Position numbers and translations under genes: made by a program. DNA of 64,000 nucleotides from Alphaproteobacteria bacterium (GTDB lineage Bacteria; Pseudomonadota; Alphaproteobacteria; UBA8366; JADFVY01), in NCBI GenBank assembly GCA_041563955.1, contig JBFGQV010000001.1, positions 1,508-65,507 on the forward strand, given 5' to 3'. Under the pieces are notes generated by a model. The model was not told where the DNA came from. It worked only from the letters and a program-made list of their open reading frames with translations, and made no database searches. How positions within the stretch are numbered: position 1 is the first letter of the stretch; each line of letters starts with the position of its first letter. Below are positions 1 through 9,234 of the stretch, one piece after another.

Positions 1-1628
1 GTCTCGTTGGTCGTATCGGCCTCCGCCACGGCGTTTGCGGCGATCCTGGCCGACTGCGCTACCTGGCGGCCGATCTCTGAGATCGACGCCGACAGTTCCT
101 CCGCCGTCGTCGCCACCGTCTGCACGTTCGCCGTGGCCTCGTCGGAGGCCGATGCCACCGTCGCCGACTGACGGCTGGTCTCTTCGGCCGTCGCCGACAT
201 TTGCTGCGCCGTCGCCTGCATCTCGGTTGCCGAGGACGAGACCGCCTCCAGGGAGTCCGTGGCCGTCCTGTCGAACTGTGCACAAAGACGGATTAAGCGC
301 TCCGCCTCCGCCTCCCGGGCCGAACGGTCGGACGCCTTTTCGGCCTCGAGTCGTTTGGTATCGAGCAGCGCCTTTCGGAACCCTTCGAGGGACGATCTGA
401 TCGCTTCGAATTCGCGCAAGCGGGTCGGCGGCATGGCAGCGTCCAGACGCCCCTGCTGCATGTCGTCGAGGGCCCGGCTGGCATGGCTGACAGGTTTGAG
501 CACCTGGCTACGCAGGAACAGGGCCACGACGAGCGCGAAGCCCACGAAGCCGAGGAGCATGACGATTCCGGTGGTGCGGATGGTGCCGGCGCGGCCCGCG
601 ATTGCATGTCCACCCTCGACCGTTTCACTCATTGCACGCGCGGCATCCGCCGACAGGCGATCGGTGACGGCGGACAGGATGCGCGCCGCGTCCTCGTTCA
701 ACGCCTTGATCTGCGCCTCCAGCCCCAGCTGTTCTCGGCGCATCGAGAACGCGTCCGACAGGCCCTCGAACTCCGCCACGAGTGCGGGGAGAAATTCGTT
801 GTCGCCGCCGGTTGGAAGCCGTCCGAGCAGCGGCTTCAGACGCTTGCCGAGGCCTTTGTAGCTGCGTTCCGGACCGTCGAGTCCCTCGATATCTGTAATC
901 GTCTGGGCCTTGCCCAAGTGGGCGGTCATGTCGCGCAACGTAATGAGAAGGGTCTGGATGGCGGCGCTCCGATTCGCGAGCCGCGTTATGTCCTCCTCAA
1001 GAAAATCCAGGCTCTGGGCCGAGGCGCTACCTATATCGGCAATTCCCTCAGCCAGTTCCACGGCCGATTCCTCGCTGATCGCCACAAGCGTATCGTCGAT
1101 CTGATCGATCGCCCGGCGGGCCGTGTCGACATGTTCCTGAATCCCAATGCCCAGCCCGTCTCTCTTGTCGCCGGCCTCGGCGATCGCGCGCACGATCTCC
1201 ATGACCCGCTCGAGCTCACGATCGTCGGTCCCCGCATTGCCGCCGGACAGGCTCGCGCCGAGATGTTCCACCTGATTGAGGGCTTTTGCCCGCTGGTCGA
1301 CATTATCGGCGGTCATGACGAGGATTGCGCGGTGGGCCAGGCGCTCGACCTGGAGAGCACGATCTTGCATGACCTGCGCGCGGCTGATCGTGACGGCGTT
1401 GGTCGCATCGGCCAGCGTCGCGATCCGGCTCAGATCCAAGGCAATATTGGCGCCGACACCGACCACCGCGATCAGGACGACGATGCCCATCGCTGCCAGA
1501 ACCGCGGACAGTCCGAAGGCGGCGCCGCCCGTCGTGAACACCGGGGACGTCCCGTCCGTCCCCATATCCCCTGTCGATTTGATGCTGTCGTCCATGCCTC
1601 TTGGTTCTTCGCATTCCTCTCCGGTCAT
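1..1628 (-). CDS. Methyl-accepting chemotaxis protein, paralog A (3' end runs off the window, C-terminus missing)
   Basis: Absent from the ORF track because there is no stop in the window. My reverse-strand translation from ATG 1628 (alternative ATG 1595) gives MTGEECEEPRGMDDSIK. It continues with TM1 (FGLSAVLAAMGIVVLIAVVGV), a ~300-aa helical region, TM2 (GIVMLLGFVGFALVVALFL), and a HAMP-like LKPVSHASRALDDMQQGRLD. MCP-type signalling heptads follow (SSATEMQATAQQMSATAEETS, AEELSASISEIGRQV). The + ORF 483..1793 is its antisense shadow. Confidence 0.85.
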   Translation of the reverse strand, partial: MTGEECEEPRGMDDSIKSTGDMGTDGTSPVFTTGGAAFGLSAVLAAMGIVVLIAVVGVGANIALDLSRIATLADATNAVTISRAQVMQDRALQVERLAHRAILVMTADNVDQRAKALNQVEHLGASLSGGNAGTDDRELERVMEIVRAIAEAGDKRDGLGIGIQEHVDTARRAIDQIDDTLVAISEESAVELAEGIADIGSASAQSLDFLEEDITRLANRSAAIQTLLITLRDMTAHLGKAQTITDIEGLDGPERSYKGLGKRLKPLLGRLPTGGDNEFLPALVAEFEGLSDAFSMRREQLGLEAQIKALNEDAARILSAVTDRLSADAARAMSETVEGGHAIAGRAGTIRTTGIVMLLGFVGFALVVALFLRSQVLKPVSHASRALDDMQQGRLDAAMPPTRLREFEAIRSSLEGFRKALLDTKRLEAEKASDRSAREAEAERLIRLCAQFDRTATDSLEAVSSSATEMQATAQQMSATAEETSRQSATVASASDEATANVQTVATTAEELSASISEIGRQVAQSARIAANAVAEADTTNE

Positions 1629-1680
1629 TCGCGCGGCGCCCCGATCCGGCTGTCGGCGCGCCGCGCGATGGTCCCGGAGC

Positions 1681-2559
1681 TTACGACCCCACTCTGGTGT
1701 TCAGGACGTACTTGCCCGATACGCTGTGGTCGCCGCCGGTCGTCCCATTGGCGACGGCGAACGAGATTTCGATCGTGCCGGCGGCCGGGATGACCGCATC
1801 GTCGGCATGACCGGTGTCGAGCCGGCGCGCCAGCTCCAGATACCAGCGGCCATTGCGCCACACGCCGCGCGCCTTGACATCGGCGACGCTGCCCTGCGCC
1901 GACATGTTGACCTTGTAGCGCGGCATCATCTCGTCCTGCTTGGTGTCGTATTTCATCGAGCTGTACAGCTTGTCGCCGCCGTCGCTGGACCGCTTCAGGT
2001 AGACCGTGTTGCCGTCCGGCCCGCGGAACCTCTCGCCTCTCTCGAAGGGCTGGGGCGACACGCGCCAGTTCTTGTCATGGGCGAGCCCGGCAGTGTTCGA
2101 ACGCTGCGACTTCCAGTACCAGACATCGGCGGTGAACTCGCTGCCGTCCAGCTTGTTGGCGGTGAACGGCCCGTCCATCGAAAACGACACCATGAAGCGG
2201 TCCTCGCCGATCTTCGTCTGCTTGTAGGACTGCGACGCCTCGTCCCAGCGATAGGGCTTGTGTAGCTTGCTCTCCTCCGGATCGTCCCAGACCGCGAGCA
2301 TGTAGAACATGTCGCCATGCACGGCGGTCCTGATCTCGACCGACGCGACACCGCCGCCCCTGCGGCCGACATCGCTCAACGGCACGGTCACGGACGCAAC
2401 GCCGGCCCAGTCGTCGATCTGGCCGTCCAGCGTGATCGGCGCCTTGAGCGCGGCCGCGCCGATCGTCGTCTCGGCCTGCGCCGGCAGCGACGCTGTGAAC
2501 GTCAAACCAAACGCACAGGCCAGTGCCATCGGTTTGGCAGTATTCTTTAACCGAATCAT
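1681..2559 (-). CDS. Secreted EB_dh/DOMON-like (ethylbenzene dehydrogenase gamma-type, putative haem-b-binding) protein, paralog A
   Basis: Part of ORF 1681..2574. ATG 2559 has GGAG 10 nt upstream; ATG 2574 has no SD. Signal peptide MIRLKNTAKPMALACAFGLTFTASLPAQA. Motifs: LDGQIDDW, VWDDPEESKLHKPYRW, ADVWYWKSQRS, GVWRNGRWYLELARRLDTGHADD, FAVANGTTGGDHSVS. Collinear with the paralogs at 54593 and 58003. Confidence 0.85.
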   Translation of the reverse strand: MIRLKNTAKPMALACAFGLTFTASLPAQAETTIGAAALKAPITLDGQIDDWAGVASVTVPLSDVGRRGGGVASVEIRTAVHGDMFYMLAVWDDPEESKLHKPYRWDEASQSYKQTKIGEDRFMVSFSMDGPFTANKLDGSEFTADVWYWKSQRSNTAGLAHDKNWRVSPQPFERGERFRGPDGNTVYLKRSSDGGDKLYSSMKYDTKQDEMMPRYKVNMSAQGSVADVKARGVWRNGRWYLELARRLDTGHADDAVIPAAGTIEISFAVANGTTGGDHSVSGKYVLNTRVGS

Positions 2560-2759
2560 TCGCTCATTCTCCATTGAAGGTTAAAACAAACATCACGCCC
2601 TTGCGGACACGACCGTCAGCCGTCGCGTCTATGGCTGTGATCCGAGCTGCTGGCGCGCGCCCCACGGCGAAACCGTCCGCGCAAATTTCGTGCCGAACGT
2701 CGTACGGCCGAGATGCTTTGCTCGATTTCTGCAATCTGCATGGCTGAAGATACCGTGGA

Positions 2760-2960
2760 GGTGACAAGATGCGCCCGTTTTGCCCAAAGTATTATGCAAA
2801 GATTAAGAAAGTATGAATTGAGAAGTAGACATGAGGTACTAGTTTCAATTGCATCAATATGCGGGTAATAATAGTCAGGGGTGCCAGATTTATTATTGTT
2901 AACGAGATGGTTTTTTCGTACTTTCGGGTTAATTATTTCCGTCTATTGTGCCGGTTGTAT
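2760..2960. promoter_or_regulatory. AT-rich island upstream of the minus-strand EB_dh-MCP cassette A; likely promoter/regulatory region
   Basis: Hand count of 2781-2960 gives ~36% G+C against a ~68% background. Contains TTAA-gaaagta-TGAA at 2803..2817 and a GTTAAC palindrome at 2898..2903. No credible ORF. Confidence 0.4.
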
Positions 2961-3300
2961 ATGACACAGGCCGCGCACAGACTGCCCGAATCTGCTATGC
3001 AAAGAGACAGGTCGTCCCGATCGGGGTGGCCCTTGCGTTTCACCGACATTGACCGGTGGTCGCCCGGCCCTCTGCGCGCGATCCAGCGCCGCCTTGACAT
3101 GGATCACGGCCTGCCGGCGGCAAGCTCGTTGCGTCGAGGAAATTCCCGTTGCCCTGAGCGGCCCGGCAGGGCCCGCCGGCGCCGACATCGCGCGGGGTCG
3201 CCCGCGGCGCGCCGGGCATTGCCGTGCCTTGAGGCCCGGACCTCGACGCCTGCCGGCGCTTTCGCCCAGCTTCACGCTGCTGCCCGGGAAGGCACTGCCC

Positions 3301-3768
3301 CTATTTTAGGTAGCCGTAGACGATCGCCTTGCAGGCCTTGGCGAAGGTGCGCTTCGACATGGCGCCGGCAAAGCCGCCGCCGGAAACGCGTTCCATCACA
3401 TTGGCGTGGAGGTCGGGGGCCTGTTCGACGAGGTCCGGCAGGTGCCAGGGGAACCGTGCGAACGCGCCCCTGGCGGTCGACAGCGTGTCCTCGATCACCG
3501 CCGGCCAGTCGCCGCCCTCGGTCGCATCGCGTCCCTGGCGCACCAGGATTTCAGCGATCGCGCTCAGCCCCGCCTTGGTCCAGCAGGCGCGCTGCACGTT
3601 GGCGGTATAGGTCTCGAGGAGCGCCTCGTCGTCCTCGTCCAGGGCGAAGAGAATCTCGAACTTGTCGGTCGTGCCGCCGGCATAGAGATCGAACACCCGC
3701 ACGAGAATCGGCGTGAGGCAATTGCCGGCACAGGCATCGCCGCCGGGGCAATTGTCGCAGGAACGCAT
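3301..3768 (-). CDS. Hypothetical protein with N-terminal Cys cluster (C-x2-C-x5-C-x3-C)
   Basis: Only the last 155 codons of the 726-aa track ORF 3301..5481 look coding. ATG at 3768 is preceded by GGAAGGAGG. Sequence MRSCDNCPGGDACAGNCLTPILVRVFDLY... ends YGYLK. Family not recognised. Confidence 0.65.
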   Translation of the reverse strand: MRSCDNCPGGDACAGNCLTPILVRVFDLYAGGTTDKFEILFALDEDDEALLETYTANVQRACWTKAGLSAIAEILVRQGRDATEGGDWPAVIEDTLSTARGAFARFPWHLPDLVEQAPDLHANVMERVSGGGFAGAMSKRTFAKACKAIVYGYLK

Positions 3769-4032
3769 GGGCCTCCTTCCGCCGGCGACCGTGCCGCCAT
3801 TACCAATTCGTGTCAACGACCTACCATAAAGGAGGAGGTTCTGGCCATCCCCGGGTAGAGTCCGCGGGTGCCGCCCGAAACCCGCGGAAAACCCTAACGC
3901 ATGGGGTCGTTCCGCCGGTTCGCGCCGGAGCCGAGGCGGACCACGCATCGGGGCTTCAAGGCAGGCCCCGCAGTCCGTATCATGAGCGGCGCGCGCCGGC
4001 GGTTCCACATTCGCCGCCGCCAGCCGGGGGAC

Positions 4033-5070
4033 ATGCCGATGCTCACGATCTACAGCGAGGACCACAAGCTCCAGGACGGCAAGTTCGAGCTTATCGACGG
4101 CCAGCTCCTGCCGCCCTTCGAGCGGCCGCAGCGGGCAGAGAACGTGCTCGCAAGGGTGCGCGAGGTCGGGCTCGGCGAGGTGCGCGGCCCGGACGACTTC
4201 GGTCTCGATCCCGTGCGCCGGGTGCACGACCCCGATTTCGTTGAGTTCCTGCGCACCGCGCATGACGAATGGCGCGCGGCCCACGGTGACAGCGACGCGC
4301 TGCCGCTCAACTGGCCGTGCCGCGGGTTTCGCCAGAAGATCCCGGAATCGATCGACGGCCGGCTCAGCTACTACTCGTTCGACGCCGGCACGCCGATTAC
4401 CGCCGGCACCTGGCGGGCCATCACGGCGTCGGCCAACGTCGCCCTGAGCGGCGCGAAGCAGCTCAAGGACAGCGGCGACCGCGCGGTGTTCGCGCTGTGC
4501 CGTCCACCGGGGCACCATGCGGCGCGCGACCTCTATGCCGGCTACTGCTTCTTCAACAACGTCGCGGTGGCGGCGCAGTGGTTCCGCGACCAGGGCGCCA
4601 CGCGGGTCGCCATCCTCGACGTCGACTACCATCACGGCAACGGCACGCAGATGATCTTCTACGACCGCGCCGACGTGCTGTTCGTCTCGCTGCATGGCCA
4701 TCCGGCCCAGGAATACCCGTTCTTCCTCGGCTACGAGGACGAGCGCGGCGAGGGGGCCGGGGAGGGCTTCAACGTCAACCACCCGATGCGCTGGGGCACC
4801 GGCTGGGACGCGTACGGCCGCGCGCTCGACAGCGGCATCGCCCGCATCGCCGACTACCGGCCGGACTTGCTGCTGGTCTCGCTCGGCGTCGATACCTTCA
4901 AAGACGATCCGATCTCGCAGTTCCGGCTGGACAGCGACGACTACACCGAGATCGGCCGGCGCATCGCGCATCTCGGCCTGCCGACGCTGTTCGTCATGGA
5001 GGGCGGCTACGCCATCGACGAGATCGGCGTCAACACGGTCAACCTGTTGAGCGGGTTCGAGGCGGCCTGA
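4033..5070 (+). CDS. Histone deacetylase-family amidohydrolase (acetylpolyamine amidohydrolase-like)
   Basis: Internal ATG 4033 (MPMLTIYSEDH) of ORF 3901..5070. HDAC-family motifs: RPPGHHA, DVDYHHGNGTQ, and the C-terminal EGGY. Confidence 0.85.
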   Translation: MPMLTIYSEDHKLQDGKFELIDGQLLPPFERPQRAENVLARVREVGLGEVRGPDDFGLDPVRRVHDPDFVEFLRTAHDEWRAAHGDSDALPLNWPCRGFRQKIPESIDGRLSYYSFDAGTPITAGTWRAITASANVALSGAKQLKDSGDRAVFALCRPPGHHAARDLYAGYCFFNNVAVAAQWFRDQGATRVAILDVDYHHGNGTQMIFYDRADVLFVSLHGHPAQEYPFFLGYEDERGEGAGEGFNVNHPMRWGTGWDAYGRALDSGIARIADYRPDLLLVSLGVDTFKDDPISQFRLDSDDYTEIGRRIAHLGLPTLFVMEGGYAIDEIGVNTVNLLSGFEAA

Positions 5071-5165
5071 GGCGTCTGGGACCTTGACCTTCCACCGCAA
5101 GGAAGGTTTATCCAGCGCCGCACGAAGGCTTTTGCGGAAGGGTGAGAGATGACCGGACGGGCGCC

Positions 5166-5561
5166 ATGAAATACGTCGTCGTGACCGTGCTGGCGCTCGG
5201 CATCGGCGTCGTCGCGTGGCGGCTGCTGACGCCGGGCGGGACCGGCGGCGCGCCGCGCGAAATCGCGGTGCCGCAGCTGTCGGCGGCGGCGGAGATCGGC
5301 AAGAAATCCTATGACGGCAACTGCGCCAGGTGCCACGGCGCGAACGCCGCCGGGACGGGCAGCGGCCCGCCGCTGGTGCACGATTACTACAAGCCGGATC
5401 ACCACGCCGACGGGGCGTTCCATGTCGCGGTCGTCCGGGGCGTGCGCCAGCATCACTGGAGGTTCGGCAACATGCCGGCACAGCCGCACGTCACCGAGCA
5501 GCAGACGCGCATGATCATCCGCTACGTCCGGGAACTGCAGGAGGCCAACGGCATCCGCTGA
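5166..5561 (+). CDS. Membrane-anchored monohaem c-type cytochrome
   Basis: ATG 5166 (MKYVVVTVLALGIGVVAW) supplies an N-terminal anchor. One CxxCH motif (CARCH). Distal Met candidate in FGNMPAQ. Confidence 0.8.
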   Translation: MKYVVVTVLALGIGVVAWRLLTPGGTGGAPREIAVPQLSAAAEIGKKSYDGNCARCHGANAAGTGSGPPLVHDYYKPDHHADGAFHVAVVRGVRQHHWRFGNMPAQPHVTEQQTRMIIRYVRELQEANGIR

Positions 5562-5586
5562 GCGCTCGGCGGGGACGGCGCCGCCC

Positions 5587-6714
5587 ATGGACCATTTCGA
5601 TGTCATGATCGTCGGCGCCGGGATCGCCGGCGCCTCGGCCGGGTTCTTCCTCGCCGCCACGCACCGGGTGGTTTTGCTCGAGCGCGAGGACCAGCCGGGC
5701 TACCACGCGACCGGACGCTCCGCGGCGCTGTTCACCGAGACCTACGGAAACGCCTCCATCCGGGCGCTGACGCGCGGTGCCCGCCGGTTCTTCGAGGCGC
5801 CGCCCGACGACTTCGCGGCAACGCCGCTGCTGGCGCCGCGCGGCCTGCTCTATATCGGCCGCGCCGACCAGCGCGACCCGCTCGAGCGGCGGTATCACGA
5901 GTTGTCCGACCGCGGCGCCGACATCCGCCGCATCGCGGCCGACGAGGCCCGCGATCTGTGCCCGATCCTGCGTCGCGAGCCGCTGGCCGCCGCGTTGCTG
6001 GAGCCCGACTGCATGGACATCGACGTCGCGGCGCTGCATCAGGGCTATCTGAAGGGCCTGCGGGCCCGCGGCGGGCGCGTTCTGACCGACGCTGCGGTCC
6101 GCTCGCTTCGGTTCGATGCCGGGCGGGGCTGGATCGCGGAGACGCCGCAGGGTGCCATCGCGGCACCCGTCGTGGTCAACGCGGCCGGCGCCTGGGCCGA
6201 CGAGATCGCAACGCTCGCCGGGGTGCCGCCGGTCGGGCTGACGCCGCTGCGCCGCACCGCCCTGCTGCTCGACCTGCCGGACGGCATGGACGCCGGCGGA
6301 TGGCCGATGATCGTCGACGCCGACGAGGCGTTCTACTTCAAGCCCGATGCCGGACGCCTGCTGCTGTCGCCAGCCGACGAGACGCCAAGCCCGCCCTGCG
6401 ATGCGCGGCCCGACGACATCGACGTCGCCACCGCCGTCGACCGGCTGGAGCGGGCGACGACGCTGCAGGTCCGCCGCGTCGGCCACAAATGGGCCGGCCT
6501 GCGCACCTTCGCGCCCGACCGTTCGCTGATCGCGGGGTTCGATCCGGCCGCCGCCGGCTTCTTCTGGCTCGCCGGGCAGGGCGGATACGGCATCCAGACG
6601 TCGCCCGCCATGGGGCGAATCGCTGCGGCGACGATCGCCGGCGCCGGGATGCCGGCGGACCTTGCGGAGCTTGGCGTGACGATGGCGATGCTGGACGTGC
6701 GTCGTTTGCGTTGA
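5587..6714 (+). CDS. FAD-dependent oxidoreductase (DAO / glycine-D-amino-acid oxidase family)
   Basis: N-terminal dinucleotide fold DVMIVGAGIAGASAGFFLA...LLERE. 375 aa, with the overall DAO-family layout. Confidence 0.85.
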   Translation: MDHFDVMIVGAGIAGASAGFFLAATHRVVLLEREDQPGYHATGRSAALFTETYGNASIRALTRGARRFFEAPPDDFAATPLLAPRGLLYIGRADQRDPLERRYHELSDRGADIRRIAADEARDLCPILRREPLAAALLEPDCMDIDVAALHQGYLKGLRARGGRVLTDAAVRSLRFDAGRGWIAETPQGAIAAPVVVNAAGAWADEIATLAGVPPVGLTPLRRTALLLDLPDGMDAGGWPMIVDADEAFYFKPDAGRLLLSPADETPSPPCDARPDDIDVATAVDRLERATTLQVRRVGHKWAGLRTFAPDRSLIAGFDPAAAGFFWLAGQGGYGIQTSPAMGRIAAATIAGAGMPADLAELGVTMAMLDVRRLR

Positions 6715-6925
6715 CCCGGCGGCGCGCCACGGATCCGCTCGCACCCTTGCGGGCCTCCGGCAAGGCGCGGCCAAATGCTTTGGCCGGCAACCGGATGTGG
6801 TGTAGCCTTTGCCACCCGGTCGGCGAAAGGGGGCGCCGTGCATACGTCTGCCGGTTCCCGATCGGCGACCGGTTGCCGGGCCATGGATAGGGCGTGGCGT
6901 TTGTTGGCAAAGAGGGAAGAAAAGG

Positions 6926-7135
6926 ATGCCCACAGGGACGGTCAAGTGGTTCAATACAAGGAAGGGCTATGGCTTCATCGCCCCCGACGAGGGAGACCGG
7001 GACGTGTTCGTCCACATCACGGAGGTGCAGAACTCCGGATTGCCCGGGCTGGCTGAAGGGCAGAGAATCTCGTTCGAGGTCAAGGACGAGCCGAAGGGGC
7101 TGAAGGCCGTCGGGTTGACCGCAATCGAAACTTGA
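6926..7135 (+). CDS. Cold-shock protein (CspA family)
   Basis: MPTGTVKWFNTRKGYGFIAPDEGDRDVFVHITEV carries the RNP1/RNP2 motifs. ATG 6926 sits after AGAGGGAAGAAAAGG. About 210 nt of untranslated leader lies upstream. Confidence 0.95.
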   Translation: MPTGTVKWFNTRKGYGFIAPDEGDRDVFVHITEVQNSGLPGLAEGQRISFEVKDEPKGLKAVGLTAIET

Positions 7136-7168
7136 GCCGGGCTCCTCCCGCGAGGGCCGAAGGACTCA

Positions 7169-7187
7169 CCCGCCCGCGCCGGGCGGG
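7169..7187. terminator. GC hairpin between convergent csp and kinase genes
   Basis: CCCGCCCG-cgc-CGGGCGGG is a perfect 8-bp inverted repeat. No U-tract on either strand, so terminator function is uncertain. Confidence 0.3.
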
Positions 7188-7195
7188 ATGGCGCT

Positions 7196-8968
7196 CTAGG
7201 CAGTCGTCGATTCCGGCTGGATCACGCGGGTCTTCGGGAACACCGCGGTGCCCGTGGTGCCCTTGCCGATATCACTGCTGAGGCTGAACCGGCCGCCGTG
7301 CAACTCGACCAGGGCCTTGACCAGCGGCAGGCCCAGCCCGGTGCCGTCGTGCTGGCGCACCATCGGGTTGCTGAGCCGGACGAACGGCGAGATGACGCGC
7401 TCCACGTCTTCCGGCGTCATGCCCCGCCCGTCGTCGGCCACGGTCAGCACGATGCCGCCTTCGGCATTGCGTCGTGCGCTCACCGTGACCTGGCCGCTGT
7501 CCTGCATGTAGCGGACCGCGTTGCCGGCAAGGTTGATCACGATCTGCTGGATCTTGTGCGGGTCGCCGAGTAGCAGCGGCAAACCCGCCTCGATGTCGCG
7601 AACCAGTCTGATCTTGGCGGCCTTTGCGTCGTCCTCCACGAATCGCAACGCCTTTTCGATCTCGTCGCCGATCACGACGGCCTGCTCGTCCAGTTCGAGC
7701 CGTCCGGCCTCGATCCGCGAAATGTCCAGGATATTGTTGATGACGGCAAGCAGGTGCCGGGCACTGTCGTAGATGTCGCTGGCGTAGTCGACATAGCGCT
7801 CGTCGCCGAGCGGTCCGCGGAGCTGCTGCTTCATGACCTCGGAGAAGCCGATGATCGCGTTGAGCGGCGTCCGCAGCTCATGACTCATGGTCAGCAGGAA
7901 GTCGGTCTTGGCCCGATTCGCCGAATCGGCGCGGCGCTGTTGCGTTGCCAGGTCTTCCTGGCGTTCCTTCAGCGCGGTGATATCGGTGCGGATGCTCACG
8001 CAGCCGCCGTCCGTGGTGCGGCGCTCGCTGACCCGCAGCCAACGGCCGTCCAGGTGCTTGACCTCGAAATCCTCGGTGGGGTGGCGATGCATGCGCATGC
8101 GACGCCGGATCCACTCCTCTTCGTTGCCGACCGCATCGGCGACAAGGCCTTTCGATACGTACGCCCGGACGATCTCCTCGAACGGCACGCCCGGTACCAA
8201 CAGGTCGGCGACCTGCGCATGGATCTCGCGGAACCGCTGGTTGCACTTGACCAGCCGATCGTTGCTGTCGAACAGGCTGAAGCCGTCCGAGAAACTCTCG
8301 ACCGCTTCCGACAGGCGCGACAGGGCGCTTTCTTCCGCCGCCTGCGCGCGCCGGGCTTCGCGGATTTCATGGAGCAGCAGAAGCATCAGGCAGCCGCCGC
8401 TCAGCAGGATACCCAGGGATGCCAGCAAGAGCTCCACGTAGCCGCGGTCGAGGCGCGCGCTGCGGATGGTGGCCGCACCCTCCTGCCATTGCCTGGTGTC
8501 CATCAGCGTCCGGTGCAGGGGGCCGAGAAGGCCATGCAGTTCCTCCCGGATCCTCAGGTACCGCTCGCGGTCCCCGCGCTCCAGCGCCTGGACCTCCGGC
8601 TCCATGCGTTCGAGCACGTCGATGGCGGCCCGGGCCGCCTCCTGCGTGTCGCCGATGTTGGCCAGTCTGCGGCCCTCCCGGCCCTCGAGGAACAGCGGGA
8701 GTCGGCTCCAGAAGACCTCCATGCGCTCGATGACGTCCTCGCGGCTTATCAGGTCGTCGTCGCCGTACATATAGATGTCCAGCGAATAGAGAAAGCGGGT
8801 CAGCTCGATCTCGGCCTGGTAGATGACCCAGGTGGCGTCCGAGATTTCCGCCTGCGCCAGCCTTTCGTATTTGCGCAGATTGTCGAAGCTGATGATCATG
8901 CTGACCGAGAAGGCCAGCATGGTCAGCCCCAGCAGAGTGTATACGCTGAAGATCTTCCGCAGCTTCAT
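7196..8968 (-). CDS. Sensor histidine kinase (2 TM + PAS + HisKA + HATPase_c)
   Basis: H-box SHELRTPLNAIIGFSE, N-box NLAGNAVRY, G1 DDGRGM, G2 GTGLGLPL. N-terminal TM helix and a second TM (LLLASLGILLSGGCLMLLLL). PAS-like segment before the H-box. Confidence 0.9.
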   Translation of the reverse strand: MKLRKIFSVYTLLGLTMLAFSVSMIISFDNLRKYERLAQAEISDATWVIYQAEIELTRFLYSLDIYMYGDDDLISREDVIERMEVFWSRLPLFLEGREGRRLANIGDTQEAARAAIDVLERMEPEVQALERGDRERYLRIREELHGLLGPLHRTLMDTRQWQEGAATIRSARLDRGYVELLLASLGILLSGGCLMLLLLHEIREARRAQAAEESALSRLSEAVESFSDGFSLFDSNDRLVKCNQRFREIHAQVADLLVPGVPFEEIVRAYVSKGLVADAVGNEEEWIRRRMRMHRHPTEDFEVKHLDGRWLRVSERRTTDGGCVSIRTDITALKERQEDLATQQRRADSANRAKTDFLLTMSHELRTPLNAIIGFSEVMKQQLRGPLGDERYVDYASDIYDSARHLLAVINNILDISRIEAGRLELDEQAVVIGDEIEKALRFVEDDAKAAKIRLVRDIEAGLPLLLGDPHKIQQIVINLAGNAVRYMQDSGQVTVSARRNAEGGIVLTVADDGRGMTPEDVERVISPFVRLSNPMVRQHDGTGLGLPLVKALVELHGGRFSLSSDIGKGTTGTAVFPKTRVIQPESTTA

Positions 8969-8973
8969 GTGCG

Positions 8974-9234
8974 TTACGTCGGGTCGACGAGCCGGCGTTC
9001 GGCCGGTGCCTGCCCTTGTCTGAAAACCTCCATCGAGGACACCTGGGTATCCTCCCTCAGTGGCCGTTCATGCGGGTTGCCCGGTCCCGCTCGATTCAGC
9101 ATGACCATCACCGCGGTGCGTGGAACCGCGCCCGTCCAGTACGCGTCATAACTGTAGTCCGGCGCGGCGGTCGCATCCAGCCAATTGCGCAGCCGCCGGC
9201 GGCGGCCCGGGATCCGGTCGCTGTCGCACAGCAC
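8974..9234 (-). CDS. Hypothetical ORF tightly coupled to the kinase; possibly the 3' part of a frameshifted gene
   Basis: GTG-initiated 86-codon ORF with high third-position G/C (by hand). Its TAA (8976..8974) lies 5 nt before the kinase ATG. An adjacent-frame ORF (9460..9146) overlaps its 5' end. Confidence 0.3.
   Translation of the reverse strand: MLCDSDRIPGRRRRLRNWLDATAAPDYSYDAYWTGAVPRTAVMVMLNRAGPGNPHERPLREDTQVSSMEVFRQGQAPAERRLVDPT

Noticed and set aside
483-1793. 436-aa + strand ORF at the left edge
   Set aside because: Antisense to the partial MCP I translated on the minus strand. It has His/Asp/Arg-rich composition and no motifs.
3769-5481. Upstream 570 codons of the 726-aa minus ORF 3301..5481
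   Set aside because: This part is antisense to the HDAC-family and cytochrome c genes and is Arg/Pro/Ala-rich. Only the last 155 codons, with their own ATG and GGAGG, look coding.
5515-6954. 479-aa minus-strand ORF (and 6338..7015)
   Set aside because: Antisense to the FAD oxidoreductase, which has a clear dinucleotide-binding motif. It also runs through the csp leader.
7754-9151. 465-aa + strand ORF
   Set aside because: Antisense to the histidine kinase.
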